Below are positions 27,952-38,442 of a stretch of DNA of 64,000 bases, piece after piece (position 1 is the stretch's first letter; every line of letters starts with the position of its first letter). Where the stretch lies: contig OZ244653.1 of NCBI GenBank assembly GCA_965218795.1, positions 1,440,001-1,504,000 on the forward strand. The letters are read 5' to 3'. A program made the position numbers and the translations under genes. Below the pieces are notes generated by a model. It ran no database searches and had not been told where the DNA came from. It was given only the letters and a program-made list of their open reading frames with translations. Source of the stretch: a bacterium (GTDB lineage: Bacteria > UBA8248 > JACPRG01 > G963555815).

Positions 27952-29292
27952 ATGAGAAATGTCTCTCTGGTTCGGAGAGTTGTCTTGAAGCGTTCCACCC
28001 ACCTCCTGGAATCCATCAAAGCCCGCAAGATTCGCTCCGCGGTGATTGGTGCGGGCTACGTCGGCCTGCCCCTCGCGGTTGAATTCGCCACAGCCGGGTA
28101 CGATGTCACAATCATTGATGTCGATCAGTCCAAGGTCCGCCGGGTCAACCGGGGAGAAAGTTACATCCAAGACGTTCCCAGTGAGGCGCTGCGCCGGGCC
28201 GTCAAAGCCGGGAACCTTCACGCGACCAGCGATTACGAGATCATCAAAGAGGTGAATACGGTCAACATTTGCGTACCCACCCCATTACGAAAAACGAAGG
28301 ACCCGGATCTGTCCTGCATTGTGGATGCGACCGAGAGAATCCGGGACCATTTGCGCCCCGGCATGCTCGTCATCCTGGAGAGCACGACCTATCCCGGGAC
28401 GACGGATGAGATCGTACTGCCTATCCTTGAAGAGACCGGACTCCGGGCAGGCAGGGATTTTCACCTGGCCTTTTCGCCGGAACGGGTCGATCCCGGAAAC
28501 CCGGATTTCTCGACCCGGAACATCCCCAAAGTGGTTGGAGGGATAACGCACGAGTGCGGAAAACTCGCCAGTGCGCTCTATCGGAACTGTATCGACGAGG
28601 TGGTTCCGGTCTCCTCCACGCGGGTGGCGGAGCTTGTGAAGCTGCTGGAGAATACCTTCCGCAGCGTGAATATCGGCCTCGTCAACGAGATGGCGCTCCT
28701 TTGCAATAACCTGAATATTGACGTTTGGGAGGTCATTGACGCCGCAGGCACCAAGCCCTTCGGCTTTATGCCCTTCTACCCGGGCCCTGGATTGGGCGGA
28801 CACTGTATCCCCGTCGATCCCTTCTACCTCTCCTGGAAGGCGAAGATGAACGGGTTCGAGGCCCGGTTCATCGAGCTGGCCGGCATGGTCAATTCGCAGA
28901 TGCCGAGCTTTGTCGTCCAGAGGGTCGCCGACGCGCTGAATCAGCGGCGAAAGAGCATTCGAGGCTCCCGGATCCACGCCTTGGGCGTGACTTATAAGAG
29001 AGATACCGACGACACGCGCGAGTCTCCGGCCCTGGATGTCCTGACGTTGCTGGAGGAGAAGGGCGCACGCCTTTCCTACACGGATCCCTACGTTTCGGAG
29101 ATTTGCGTGCGGGACAAACGGATCAAGGGCATTTCAGCCCGGGCCTCCGTCTTGCGGGGGGCGGACTGCGTCATATTGCTGACCGACCACAAGTCCTTCG
29201 AGCCGCGCGAGATCGTCAAGCACGCGAAACTCATCGTTGATACGCGCAACGCAATGAAGAATGTGAAAAGCCGGAAGATCGTCAAGCTCTGA
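27952..29292 (+). CDS. Nucleotide-sugar dehydrogenase, UDP-GlcNAc 6-dehydrogenase (WbpA/TviB-like)
   Basis: GAGYVGLPLA, ICVPTP, ESTTYPGTT, FSPERVDPG, KLLENTFRSVNI, GPGLGGHCIPVDP, DTRESPA. Confidence 0.93.
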   Translation: MRNVSLVRRVVLKRSTHLLESIKARKIRSAVIGAGYVGLPLAVEFATAGYDVTIIDVDQSKVRRVNRGESYIQDVPSEALRRAVKAGNLHATSDYEIIKEVNTVNICVPTPLRKTKDPDLSCIVDATERIRDHLRPGMLVILESTTYPGTTDEIVLPILEETGLRAGRDFHLAFSPERVDPGNPDFSTRNIPKVVGGITHECGKLASALYRNCIDEVVPVSSTRVAELVKLLENTFRSVNIGLVNEMALLCNNLNIDVWEVIDAAGTKPFGFMPFYPGPGLGGHCIPVDPFYLSWKAKMNGFEARFIELAGMVNSQMPSFVVQRVADALNQRRKSIRGSRIHALGVTYKRDTDDTRESPALDVLTLLEEKGARLSYTDPYVSEICVRDKRIKGISARASVLRGADCVILLTDHKSFEPREIVKHAKLIVDTRNAMKNVKSRKIVKL

Positions 29293-29348
29293 CGGTTTTC
29301 ATCCCCACATCATGGGAAAAGCCGCTTCACGGCCTTGAAAGGACAGGG

Positions 29349-30320
29349 ATGACCATTCACCTCGTGACCGGGGGTGCCGGCTTCATCGGGTCGCATCTGA
29401 CGCACCGCCTCGTTGAGCAAGGGGACCGGGTTCGGGTACTGGACAACCTGACGACCGGCTCCGCGGGCAGCTTGGCGGCCGTCCGAGACCGCGTCGAGTT
29501 CGTTGAGGGGGACATTCAGGATTCGGCCGTTGTGGCCCGAGCGGTCGATGGCGTCGAGTGCGTCTTTCATCTGGCCGCCTTGCCGTCTATCCAGCGATCG
29601 ATTCGATTTCCATTAGAATCGGAAAGCGTCAACGCCTTGGGGACGCTCCGGATTCTGGAGGCGGCACGGGAAACCGGGGTGAGACGTGTCGTTTACGCGT
29701 CGTCCTCCTCAGTGTATGGCGCTACCTCCACGCTGCCCAAGCGGGAGGACCAGACACTCAACCCGATCTCGCCGTATGCGGTCAGCAAGCTCACCGGGGA
29801 GCGGTACTGTCAGATCTATCACGCCCTTCACGGACTGGAGACGGTGAGTCTCCGCTATTTCAACGTGTTCGGGCCCCGCCAGGAACCCGACTCTCCCTAT
29901 GCGGCCGTTATCCCCCTGTTCATTCAATCATTATTCAGCGGACGGCGGCCCAGGGTCTTCGGCGACGGAGAGCAAACGCGCGACTTCACATACGTTTCCA
30001 ATGCGGTCGACGCGAACTTGCGCGCTGCGTCGGCCGCGGGCGCGCCGGGCAGGGTGTTCAACGTGGCATGTCAGCAAAGGACCTCACTCAACGAGCTGCT
30101 CCGGATCATCGGTGACATTTGCGGCGTCTCTCCGCAGGCGGAATACGGTGACTCGCGGGCGGGCGATGTTCGCGATTCCCTGGCCGATATCGGACAGGCG
30201 CGCGAGGTGCTGGGATACGCCCCGGCCACAACGCTGGTTCAGGGGCTGGAGGAGACTTGCGAATGGTATCGGGGGGAGCGGCTCAATCGGCCCGCCGGTG
30301 CGTCCCTGCATTCGCCTTGA
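29349..30320 (+). CDS. NAD-dependent epimerase/dehydratase (WbpP/TviC-like UDP-HexNAc C4 epimerase)
   Basis: VTGGAGFIGSH, ASSSSVYG, PISPYAVSK (YxxxK), LRYFNVFGPRQ, GDGEQTRDFTYV. Confidence 0.93.
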   Translation: MTIHLVTGGAGFIGSHLTHRLVEQGDRVRVLDNLTTGSAGSLAAVRDRVEFVEGDIQDSAVVARAVDGVECVFHLAALPSIQRSIRFPLESESVNALGTLRILEAARETGVRRVVYASSSSVYGATSTLPKREDQTLNPISPYAVSKLTGERYCQIYHALHGLETVSLRYFNVFGPRQEPDSPYAAVIPLFIQSLFSGRRPRVFGDGEQTRDFTYVSNAVDANLRAASAAGAPGRVFNVACQQRTSLNELLRIIGDICGVSPQAEYGDSRAGDVRDSLADIGQAREVLGYAPATTLVQGLEETCEWYRGERLNRPAGASLHSP

Positions 30321-30344
30321 CAATTGTCCTCCCCGGAGTAAATT
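30317..30344 (+). promoter_or_regulatory. sigma70 promoter of rplM-rpsI
   Basis: TTGACA-N16-TAAATT about 55 bp upstream of rplM. Confidence 0.6.
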
Positions 30345-30399
30345 AGCACTTTCATTCTATCGGTTCGTCCGATGGCACTTGTGACGGAGCCTGGAAATA

Positions 30400-30858
30400 A
30401 TGCCGCAAAAAACGATGTCCTTACGAAAGGAGGACGCCCTACGCGACCGGAAATGGTACTTGGCGGACGCAGACGGTCAGGTGCTCGGCCGGCTGGCCAC
30501 CCGCGTGGCGACCGTTCTTCGCGGTAAACACAAGCCGACGTTTACACCCCACGTCGATGGAGGGGACCACGTCATCATCGTAAACGCGGAGAAAATTGTT
30601 CTCACAGGGAAAAAGCGGACCGACAAACTTTATTACCGTCACTCCGGCTATCCCGGGGGGATTAAGGTCGAGACGGCGGAAGAGATGCTGCAAAACCACC
30701 CCGATCGCGTCATCCGAAACGCTGTCAAGGGAATGCTCCCCAAGAACCCGCTGGGCAGGGGGATGCTCAAGAAGCTTCGCGTGTATGCTGGTCCGGATCA
30801 CCAACATGAGGCCCAGCAGCCCCAACCTCTGGAACTAGGCAAGAGAGCCAATGGCTGA
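30400..30858 (+). CDS. rplM: 50S ribosomal protein L13
   Basis: [51 protein letters not shown]. Confidence 0.99.
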   Translation: MPQKTMSLRKEDALRDRKWYLADADGQVLGRLATRVATVLRGKHKPTFTPHVDGGDHVIIVNAEKIVLTGKKRTDKLYYRHSGYPGGIKVETAEEMLQNHPDRVIRNAVKGMLPKNPLGRGMLKKLRVYAGPDHQHEAQQPQPLELGKRANG

Positions 30859-31240
30859 TCGCATTTACGCTACCGGAAAACGCAAATCCGCAATTGCGCG
30901 GGTATGGCTGAGTCCCGGACAGGGACGGATCCTCGTCAATCAGCGTCCCGCCGAGGAATACTTTACCCGCGAAAGCGCCCGGATGGCCCTCAAAACGGTT
31001 TTCGAGGCTACGGAAACCTGGGGTCAGTTCGACGCCTACATCACCGTCCGGGGCGGGGGACAGTCAGGACAGGCCGGAGCGATCCGCCACGGGATCGCCA
31101 AAGCGCTGGTCGAGTCGGACCCAAATCTCCGGGTCCCTCTGAAACGGGCCGGCCACCTGACCCGCGATGCACGCGTCAAAGAGCGGAAGAAGTATGGCTT
31201 GCGTTCCGCACGGGCGCGCTTCCAATTCTCCAAGCGATAA
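30851..31240 (+). CDS. rpsI: 30S ribosomal protein S9
   Basis: [51 protein letters not shown]. Confidence 0.99.
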   Translation: MADRIYATGKRKSAIARVWLSPGQGRILVNQRPAEEYFTRESARMALKTVFEATETWGQFDAYITVRGGGQSGQAGAIRHGIAKALVESDPNLRVPLKRAGHLTRDARVKERKKYGLRSARARFQFSKR

Positions 31241-31317
31241 GAACAGAGGCCGTTCCTGCGCTCTCTGCGTGATGTGGAACGGTTGATGGATCACCCGCCA
31301 CAGAGGACGGTGGAGGA

Positions 31318-32358
31318 ATGCTGCGCATTTCCCTAGCAGGCGCCACGGGGTACGCGGGCAGTGAACTCCTGCGCATTCTGGCCGCCCACCCCGAAGTCGA
31401 AATCGTGCGCTTGACGTCGGAGACATTCGCCGGGCGAACCCTTTCGGACGTCATGCCGGCCTTCCGACAGGTGATCGACGCTGAACTGGCGCCCCTGGAC
31501 CCCGACCAAGTCGGAGACGGGGCAGACCTGGTCTTCACTGCCCTCCCCCACCGGACTGCCATGCAGTCCGTTCCCGGAATTTTAGCGGCGGGAAATCGAG
31601 TGGTGGATTTCAGCGCGGATTACCGCATCCAGGACCCGTCCATCTATGCCGCCTGGTACGGGACGGACCACATCGATCCCGATCATCTGGGCGAGGCCGT
31701 GTACGGACTGCCCGAGCTTTATCGGAACCGGATTCGGGGGGCGCGGCTGGTGGCCAATCCGGGTTGCTACCCCACGGGCGCCATTCTGGCCCTGGCCCCG
31801 TTGCTTCGGGATCGGTTGATCGACCCCGATTCCATCATCGTCGATTCCAAATCCGGAGTGTCCGGAGCGGGGAGACAAGCCAAGGCCGAGTATTCGTATT
31901 GCGAGATCAACGAGAGCGTGAAGGCCTACTCCATCGCCGTTCATCGTCATACGCCGGAAATCGAGCAGGAACTGTCGGCCTCAGCGGGGAAAACGGTGAT
32001 CGTGAACTTCACCCCCCACCTGATCCCGATGAGCCGGGGGATCCTCACCACTTGTTATGCGTCGCTCAACAGCGGAGTCGGATCCGAGAGACTGGGGGAG
32101 TCCTTCCAGCGCGCGTATGGGGAGGAAGCATTCGTCCGGCTCATGCCCGAGGGACACGTCCCCACGACCGGGCAAGTGTGGGGCTCGAACTTTACTGATC
32201 TCGGATTCGTTCCGGATGAACGGACCGGGCGGGTCGTCGTGGTCACGGCCCTGGACAACCTCACCAAAGGTGCGGCGGGCGCAGCGGTGCAGAACATGAA
32301 TGTGATGGCCGGATTCCCGGAAACCACCGCCCTGTCGCCCTCCGGGATTCCCGTATGA
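31318..32358 (+). CDS. argC: N-acetyl-gamma-glutamyl-phosphate reductase
   Basis: GATGYAG, ALPH, DFSADYR, YGLPE, ANPGCYPT, SGVSGAG, HRHTPEI, DNLTKGAAGAAVQNMN. Confidence 0.98.
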   Translation: MLRISLAGATGYAGSELLRILAAHPEVEIVRLTSETFAGRTLSDVMPAFRQVIDAELAPLDPDQVGDGADLVFTALPHRTAMQSVPGILAAGNRVVDFSADYRIQDPSIYAAWYGTDHIDPDHLGEAVYGLPELYRNRIRGARLVANPGCYPTGAILALAPLLRDRLIDPDSIIVDSKSGVSGAGRQAKAEYSYCEINESVKAYSIAVHRHTPEIEQELSASAGKTVIVNFTPHLIPMSRGILTTCYASLNSGVGSERLGESFQRAYGEEAFVRLMPEGHVPTTGQVWGSNFTDLGFVPDERTGRVVVVTALDNLTKGAAGAAVQNMNVMAGFPETTALSPSGIPV

Positions 32359-33602
32359 ATACGACGAAGAAACCGGCCCTCCGTCCGGTGGCCGGAGGGG
32401 TTGCAGCCCCAAAAGGATTCATGGCATCGGGCGTCCGGGCCGGCATCAAGAGCGACAAGCCGGACTTGGCTCTGCTCTTCTCTCAGCAAGAGGCATCCGT
32501 TGCGGGCGTGTTCACGACCAACCGGTTGGCCGCCGCGCCTGTGCTGCTGTGCCGGGAACGGGTAATGGCCGGAAAGGCGCGCGCGGTGGTCGTCAACAGC
32601 GGAAACGCCAACGCCTGTACCGGGGAGGAGGGCATGCAGGATGCTCTGGCCATGGCTCAGCGGACGGCGGAAGCCCTGGGGCTGACCGACGACGCGCAGA
32701 TCCTCGTCGCCTCGACCGGAATCATCGGCCACCGGCTTCCCATGGCCAAGATTCACGGCGCCATCCCGGCGGCGGTGGCCGCTTTGACCGAAGACGGAGG
32801 GGATGCGGCGGCCGAGGCCATCCTGACGACGGACCTTGTCCCCAAGTCAGCGGCAGTCGAGACGGAGACGTCGGGAGGTATCGTCAGAGTCGGAGCGATG
32901 GCCAAGGGTTCGGGCATGATCCGTCCCCGCCTGACGGGGCCCGGCGCGTCTCCGCCCCATGCGACCATGCTGGCCTTCATCACCACGGACGCCCAATTCT
33001 CGCCCGGGGAATTGCAGCCAATGCTGGAGGAGGCCGCCGCCGCCTCATTCAACTGCATCACCGTGGACGGAGAGACCAGCACCAACGACAGCGTCATCCT
33101 GCTGGCCAACGGCGCATCCGGCGTGAGGCCTTCTTCGCCGTCGGACAAGACGGCCGTCGAAGACGCCGTTCATGCCGTATGTCTTGAAATGGCGCACGCC
33201 ATCGTGAAGGACGGCGAGGGCGCTACGAAGTTCGTGACGGTTTGCGTGAGGGGTGGAAAGACCAAGGCGGATGCCGAACGGGCCGCCTTCGCCGTCGCGG
33301 AATCGAACCTCGTCAAGACCGCGTTGTTTGGAAGCGACCCGAATTGGGGCCGTATCATTTCCGCGGCCGGCGCCTCCGGCGCCTCCTTGAACCCGGAATC
33401 GCTCCGAATCTCTCTGAACGGCATAGACGTCTTCGACCGGGGAAAACCGGAAGGAGACGGAGTGAAGGCGCTGGCGGAAGGACTCCCGGGCCCCGAAGCT
33501 CGAATCGAGATGGATTTGGGCGCGGGGGAGGAACAGGCGATTGTCTGGACTTCGGACCTCAGCTATGAGTACGTCCGTATCAATGCCGAGTACCATACGT
33601 AG
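32355..33602 (+). CDS. argJ: Bifunctional ornithine acetyltransferase/N-acetylglutamate synthase
   Basis: NSGNANACTG, STGIIG, AKGSGMI, ATML, DGETSTND, DGEGATK, DPNWGRI, YVRINAEYHT. Confidence 0.98.
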   Translation: MNTTKKPALRPVAGGVAAPKGFMASGVRAGIKSDKPDLALLFSQQEASVAGVFTTNRLAAAPVLLCRERVMAGKARAVVVNSGNANACTGEEGMQDALAMAQRTAEALGLTDDAQILVASTGIIGHRLPMAKIHGAIPAAVAALTEDGGDAAAEAILTTDLVPKSAAVETETSGGIVRVGAMAKGSGMIRPRLTGPGASPPHATMLAFITTDAQFSPGELQPMLEEAAAASFNCITVDGETSTNDSVILLANGASGVRPSSPSDKTAVEDAVHAVCLEMAHAIVKDGEGATKFVTVCVRGGKTKADAERAAFAVAESNLVKTALFGSDPNWGRIISAAGASGASLNPESLRISLNGIDVFDRGKPEGDGVKALAEGLPGPEARIEMDLGAGEEQAIVWTSDLSYEYVRINAEYHT

Positions 33603-33674
33603 CCACCGGAACCGAAGCGGCCAGGACCTCTCGCAAAGCCAGGAATCCCGAAGGATTGGGGGCGAAAATTAAGG

Positions 33675-33704
33675 TTGCCCGCAAACCTTGGGGAGACCTA
33701 TAAT
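33675..33704 (+). promoter_or_regulatory. sigma70 promoter of the rpsB-tsf operon
   Basis: TTGCCC-N18-TATAAT about 80 bp upstream of rpsB. Confidence 0.5.
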
Positions 33705-33786
33705 GCTGAGAATGATGTAATACTCTCGAGAAGTATATATGTAGGGGTTCTTTCATGTATCCTGAAGCAAGGGAGGTGAGAGTCTT

Positions 33787-34701
33787 GTGCCTAATGTAAC
33801 TTTGAAGAGCCTGTTGGAAGCCGGATCCCACTTTGGCCACCAAACCAAACGCTGGAACCCGAAGATGAGACCCTACATCTTCGGCTCACGAAACGGCGTC
33901 TATATCATAGACTTGCTGAAAACGGTTGAAAAGATTAAGGAAGCCAGCGAGTTCTTGGAGGGCGTGGGCTCTTCTTCCGGACAGGTTCTCTTTGTGGGCA
34001 CAAAAAAACAGGCGCAAATCCCAATCGAGGAAGAGGCTCAGCGATGCGGTATGCCTTATGTCACCAAACGGTGGCTGGGCGGGACGTTGACCAACTTTTC
34101 CACTATCAAGTCCCGGGTCAATCGCCTGAAAGAGCTTTTGCAAATCGATCAGGCCGACGGCGCGGGCGGGCAGCTCACCCAGGGAAAGAAGAAAAAGGAA
34201 ATTCTCCGGCTGGGCCGGGAGCGCGAGCGTCTCGAAAAGTACCTCAAGGGCATCCTGGAAATGAACCAGCTGCCGAAAGCCGTCTTCGTCATCGATCCCA
34301 CCAAGGAGGCCATCGCGGTCCGTGAAGCCAGGAAAATGAAGATTCCCGTCCTCGCGGTCGTCGACACCAACTGCGATCCCGAGGGCCTGGACTTCGTACT
34401 GCCGGGCAATGACGACGCCATCCGGGCCATCCGTCTGTTCTCTTCCAGCGTGGCCGATGCCATCCTCGAGGGAAAAGCCATACGGAAAGACGAACCCGCC
34501 ATCGAGGAAGCCATGGAAGCCGCGGCAAAAGCGGCCGAGTCCGGACCCTCTGCGAAAGCTGAGAAACCATCGGCCGTCGTCGGGGGAACGGAACCCCCTT
34601 CGGTCGCCTCCGAGCCTGAAGCGCCGGTCCCCGCCGCTCCTGAACCCGAGGACCCGGTCTCCGACAAGTCCGCCGATCCGGCCGAACAACTCAAGGAATA
34701 A
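33787..34701 (+). CDS. rpsB: 30S ribosomal protein S2 with Pro/Ala/Glu-rich C-terminal extension
   Basis: [52 protein letters not shown]. Confidence 0.99.
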   Translation: MPNVTLKSLLEAGSHFGHQTKRWNPKMRPYIFGSRNGVYIIDLLKTVEKIKEASEFLEGVGSSSGQVLFVGTKKQAQIPIEEEAQRCGMPYVTKRWLGGTLTNFSTIKSRVNRLKELLQIDQADGAGGQLTQGKKKKEILRLGRERERLEKYLKGILEMNQLPKAVFVIDPTKEAIAVREARKMKIPVLAVVDTNCDPEGLDFVLPGNDDAIRAIRLFSSSVADAILEGKAIRKDEPAIEEAMEAAAKAAESGPSAKAEKPSAVVGGTEPPSVASEPEAPVPAAPEPEDPVSDKSADPAEQLKE

Positions 34702-34787
34702 TCAGACGACCTGCGGGTCTCACTACGTAGAATCGACCTTCCGCAGGCACGAACCCGACGACCCATGCAGCCAAAGGAAGTGTAAGA

Positions 34788-35441
34788 ATGGATATCCCTG
34801 CCACACGGGTGAAAGAGCTCCGCGAAAAGACGGGCGCGGGGATGATGGATTGCAAGACCGCCCTGGTTGAAACCGGAGGGAATCTCGAAAAGGCCGTGGA
34901 TTTTCTCCGACAGAAGGGTCTGGCCGACGCCGGCAAGAAATCCGGGCGAAGCGCGACGGAGGGCCTGGTCCACTCCTACATCCACGCCGGGGGCAAAATA
35001 GGCGTTCTGATCGAAGTCAACTGCGAGACGGACTTCGTTGCTCGAACCGACCAGTTCCAGGAGTTAGTCAAGGAGCTGGCGATGCAGGTCGCAGCGGCGA
35101 ATCCCCTGTGCGTCAACCGGGAGGACCTGCCGGCCGAGGTTCTGGAGCGCGAGCGCGAGGTCTACAGGGCTCAGGCCCTCGAAACCGGAAAGCCCGAAAA
35201 CGTTCTGAACAAGATTGTCGAAGGCAAAATCGGCAAGTACTACCGGGACGTCGTGCTGATGGAGCAGGCATTCATTAAGGATCCTGACAAAGACGTCCAG
35301 ACCCTCGTCAAGGAGAAAATCGCCGAATTGGGCGAGAATGTTTCCATCCGGCGCTTTACGCGGTACCAGGTCGGAGAAGGGCTCGAGAGGGAAGAAAAAG
35401 ATCTTGCGCAGGAAGTGCAAGAACAGATTGCCAATGCCTGA
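34788..35441 (+). CDS. tsf: Elongation factor Ts (short form)
   Basis: VKELREKTGAGMMDCK, EVNCETDFVA, LGENVSIRRF. Confidence 0.99.
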   Translation: MDIPATRVKELREKTGAGMMDCKTALVETGGNLEKAVDFLRQKGLADAGKKSGRSATEGLVHSYIHAGGKIGVLIEVNCETDFVARTDQFQELVKELAMQVAAANPLCVNREDLPAEVLEREREVYRAQALETGKPENVLNKIVEGKIGKYYRDVVLMEQAFIKDPDKDVQTLVKEKIAELGENVSIRRFTRYQVGEGLEREEKDLAQEVQEQIANA

Positions 35442-35495
35442 TTTCTCCGGCCGGCCGATGCACGATTCGGGTGCCCCCCCGCGCGGAGAACGAAT

Positions 35496-36245
35496 TTGAG
35501 CCGGCCGGCTGAAGCTGCGGAAACCGTCACGCCCGCCTACCGCAGAATCCTGCTCAAGCTGAGCGGCGAGGCCCTCATGGGCACACAACCTTCGGGCATC
35601 GAATCCTCGATTCTCCAGGACATCGCGCACCAACTTCAGGAAATCCAGTCCCTGGGCATCCAGGTTGGCGTCGTGATCGGCGGCGGCAATCTCTTTCGCG
35701 GGGTCGCAGGCGCCGAGGAGGGGATGGACCGCGTGACGGCCGATCAGATCGGGATGCTGGCCACCATCATGAACGGCCTGGCCCTTCAGGACGCCCTCGA
35801 ATCGCACGGTTTGGTCACACGCGTCATGTCGGCGATTTCGGTCCATCAGTTCACCGAGCCCTACATCCGCCGCCGCGCACTCCGCCACCTGGAGAAAGGA
35901 CGAGTCTTGATCTTCGTCGGGGGAACCGGTAATCCTTACTTCACGACGGATACCACAGCGGCGCTCCGCGCGGTGGAAATCGGCGCCGACGTCATCGTCA
36001 AGGCCACCAAGGTGGACGGGATTTATACGAACGACCCTGAGATTCGGGTCGATGCGGAGAAACTGGACGTTGTCAACTACCAGGAAGTGCTGCAGCGGGG
36101 ACTTCGTGTCATGGACGCGACCGCCATATCGCTCTGCATGGAAAATCATCTACCCATTGTGATTTTCGACCTCCGCGAATCCGGAAATCTGAAGCGGCTG
36201 GTCATGGGCGAACCGGTTGGATCGGTCGTGCAGGATGACAAGTGA
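35496..36245 (+). CDS. pyrH: UMP kinase
   Basis: YRRILLKLSGEAL, GGGNLFRG, GTGNPYFTTD, KATKVDG, VMDATA. Confidence 0.98.
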   Translation: MSRPAEAAETVTPAYRRILLKLSGEALMGTQPSGIESSILQDIAHQLQEIQSLGIQVGVVIGGGNLFRGVAGAEEGMDRVTADQIGMLATIMNGLALQDALESHGLVTRVMSAISVHQFTEPYIRRRALRHLEKGRVLIFVGGTGNPYFTTDTTAALRAVEIGADVIVKATKVDGIYTNDPEIRVDAEKLDVVNYQEVLQRGLRVMDATAISLCMENHLPIVIFDLRESGNLKRLVMGEPVGSVVQDDK

Positions 36246-36802
36246 TGATTGACGATGTTCTCCAAGACGTCAATCAGAATATGCAGGCCGCCATCGAGTC
36301 CCTGAAGAAGGAGTACGGGACGATTCGGACCGGCAGGGCCACCACCGCTTTGCTGGACGGTGTCATCGTCGACTACCACGGAGCCCAGACGCAGCTCAAG
36401 CAGCTTGCCAGTCTCTCCGTTCCGGAAAGCCGCCTGATTGTCGTCCAGCCCTGGGACAAATCCATCGTGAGAGAGGTCGAAAAGTCCATTCAGCGCTCCA
36501 ACATGGGCCTGAACCCGGTGAGCGACGGCAAGGTGATTCGGATTCCGGTACCTCCGCTGACCGAGGAACGGCGCCGGGAATTGGTCAAAGTGGTCAAGAA
36601 GGCCGCTGAGGAGCATCGGGTGTCCATCCGGAACGCCCGGCGGGATGGCAACGATTTCCTGAAACAGTTGGAGAAGGAAAAGGAGATCAGCGAAGATGAC
36701 AACCACCGGGGTCAGGAAAAGATTCAGAAGCTGACCGACCAATTGATCAAGGACCTCGATGAGGTCGCGGCCCAGAAGGAAAAGGAAGTGATGGAGGATT
36801 GA
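36242..36802 (+). CDS. frr: Ribosome recycling factor
   Basis: IRTGRA, VDYHG, QPWD, PPLTEERRRELVK, IRNARRD. Confidence 0.98.
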   Translation: MMIDDVLQDVNQNMQAAIESLKKEYGTIRTGRATTALLDGVIVDYHGAQTQLKQLASLSVPESRLIVVQPWDKSIVREVEKSIQRSNMGLNPVSDGKVIRIPVPPLTEERRRELVKVVKKAAEEHRVSIRNARRDGNDFLKQLEKEKEISEDDNHRGQEKIQKLTDQLIKDLDEVAAQKEKEVMED

Positions 36803-36857
36803 CCCTCCGAAGCCCTTGAGACTTCCCGCCGAAACGACGTCATAAAGGCAGCATCCC

Positions 36858-37616
36858 GTGTCCGCCGAAGATCTCTTGGCACAAATCGATTTGAACCAAC
36901 TCCCCCGCCACATCACTATCATCATGGATGGAAACGGCCGGTGGGCCCGGAAGCGCAGTCTCCCGCGAATCGCCGGGCACCGCGAAGGCGTGCGGTCCGT
37001 GGATGAAATCGTCACGGCGTGCCGCGAGATCGGCGTCGGGGCAGTCACCCTCTACGCATTTTCCGAGGAAAACTGGAGCCGTCCCTCGCTGGAGATCCGC
37101 GCCCTGTGGGAAATTCTACGGGAGTTTCTTCGAAAAGAGATCGACCGAATGATGCGCGAGAACATCCGGTTCAAGACGATTGGCGCCGTCGAGAATCTCC
37201 CCGGCAGCGCCCAGCGACTGATCGGCGAATCCGAGCGCCGAACCGCTGAGAACGACGGTATGGTCCTCACCCTGGCCCTGAGCTACGGCTCCCGCCAGGA
37301 GATCATCCGTGCCGCTCAGGCCGTTGCCGAAGCGGTAAAGCGCGATGATCTGGAGGCCGAAGACATCCCCCGGGTGTTCGACCAATATCTGTACACGGCC
37401 GACATTCCCGACCCGGATCTTTTGATCCGCACGAGCGGAGAAATCCGGATCAGCAATTTCCTTCTCTGGCAGATAGCCTACACGGAGCTGTACTTCACGG
37501 ACATCCACTGGCCGGACTTTCGCAAGCCCGAACTCTACCGAGCCATCCTCGAGTATCAGCGTCGGGAGCGCCGGTTCGGCCAGACGCAAGAGCAAACCAC
37601 CCGACAGAAAGGCTGA
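36858..37616 (+). CDS. uppS: Undecaprenyl diphosphate synthase (isoprenyl transferase)
   Basis: HITIIMDGNGRWA, YAFSEENWSRP, LSYGSRQEI, PDLLIRTSGE.RISNFLLWQ. Confidence 0.98.
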   Translation: MSAEDLLAQIDLNQLPRHITIIMDGNGRWARKRSLPRIAGHREGVRSVDEIVTACREIGVGAVTLYAFSEENWSRPSLEIRALWEILREFLRKEIDRMMRENIRFKTIGAVENLPGSAQRLIGESERRTAENDGMVLTLALSYGSRQEIIRAAQAVAEAVKRDDLEAEDIPRVFDQYLYTADIPDPDLLIRTSGEIRISNFLLWQIAYTELYFTDIHWPDFRKPELYRAILEYQRRERRFGQTQEQTTRQKG

Positions 37617-37619
37617 GGC

Positions 37620-38426
37620 GTGGCCCGCGTTCTGAGCGCTGTGGTTGCGCTTCCCCCGCTGATCCTGCTGATCCGGCTCGGCCCTTCCCTCTACTTTTCC
37701 ATACTGATTGCGGCCGCCGCGGCGCTTGGAGCGTGGGAGTTCTTTCGCATTGCCCAGGCGCCGGGAAAACCCGCAGCCTGGATCCTGGGATCGGCGCTTG
37801 CCGCCGGGCTGGTCTTTGGGGGTCAGCTCGAGCCCCCACTTCTTCCCGTGCTGGTCGTCTGGGCGGCTCTTCTGTTATTCTTCTCCTCGGCCTTCTGGCT
37901 CCCCACAGGTGCATGGCCGGCCCCCCGAGGGTGGAGCGGAGGGGCCGTCGGGACTCTGTTCGTGGGAGCGACCTTCGGCTCTCTGGCGCTGCTCCGAAAC
38001 TTCGGAGGCGAATCGGAAGGCTGGCGGTGGGTGTTTTTCCTTCTGCTCGTTGTCTGGGGAGGCGACACGGGCGCTTACTATGGGGGCCGCGCCCTCGGGA
38101 AACGGCCGTTAAGCCCTCGACTGAGTCCCCAAAAAACCATTGAAGGCGCCGTCGCGGGTTTGACTGCCGGAGTGGCTGGAGGTCTTCTGGCCTGGACGTG
38201 GTTCTTGCCGTCTGAAACACCCGTATGGGAGACTGGCTGGATATCCCTGCTATTGGGCGTCGCCGGGCTCCTGGGGGACTTGGCCGAGTCCGCCATGAAG
38301 CGGTCCGGCGGCATCAAGGACGCGGGCGGGGTCATCCCGGGCCACGGCGGACTTCTCGATCGCCTCGACGGCGTGACGTTCGCGGGACCGGTTCTTTACG
38401 TTTATCTTGTGTGGACGACTACGTGA
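37620..38426 (+). CDS. cdsA: Phosphatidate cytidylyltransferase
   Basis: DTGAYYGG, SPQKTIEG, GDLAESAMKR..IKD.G..IPGHGGLLDRLD. Confidence 0.96.
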   Translation: MARVLSAVVALPPLILLIRLGPSLYFSILIAAAAALGAWEFFRIAQAPGKPAAWILGSALAAGLVFGGQLEPPLLPVLVVWAALLLFFSSAFWLPTGAWPAPRGWSGGAVGTLFVGATFGSLALLRNFGGESEGWRWVFFLLLVVWGGDTGAYYGGRALGKRPLSPRLSPQKTIEGAVAGLTAGVAGGLLAWTWFLPSETPVWETGWISLLLGVAGLLGDLAESAMKRSGGIKDAGGVIPGHGGLLDRLDGVTFAGPVLYVYLVWTTT

Positions 38427-38442
38427 GGAGGGATCCGCGCGC

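Noticed and set aside
33620-33690. c-di-GMP-I riboswitch-like words (CGCAAAGCC..GGTTGCC)
   Set aside because: No GGCAAAC/GAAA P2 stem; the region is better explained as the rpsB promoter
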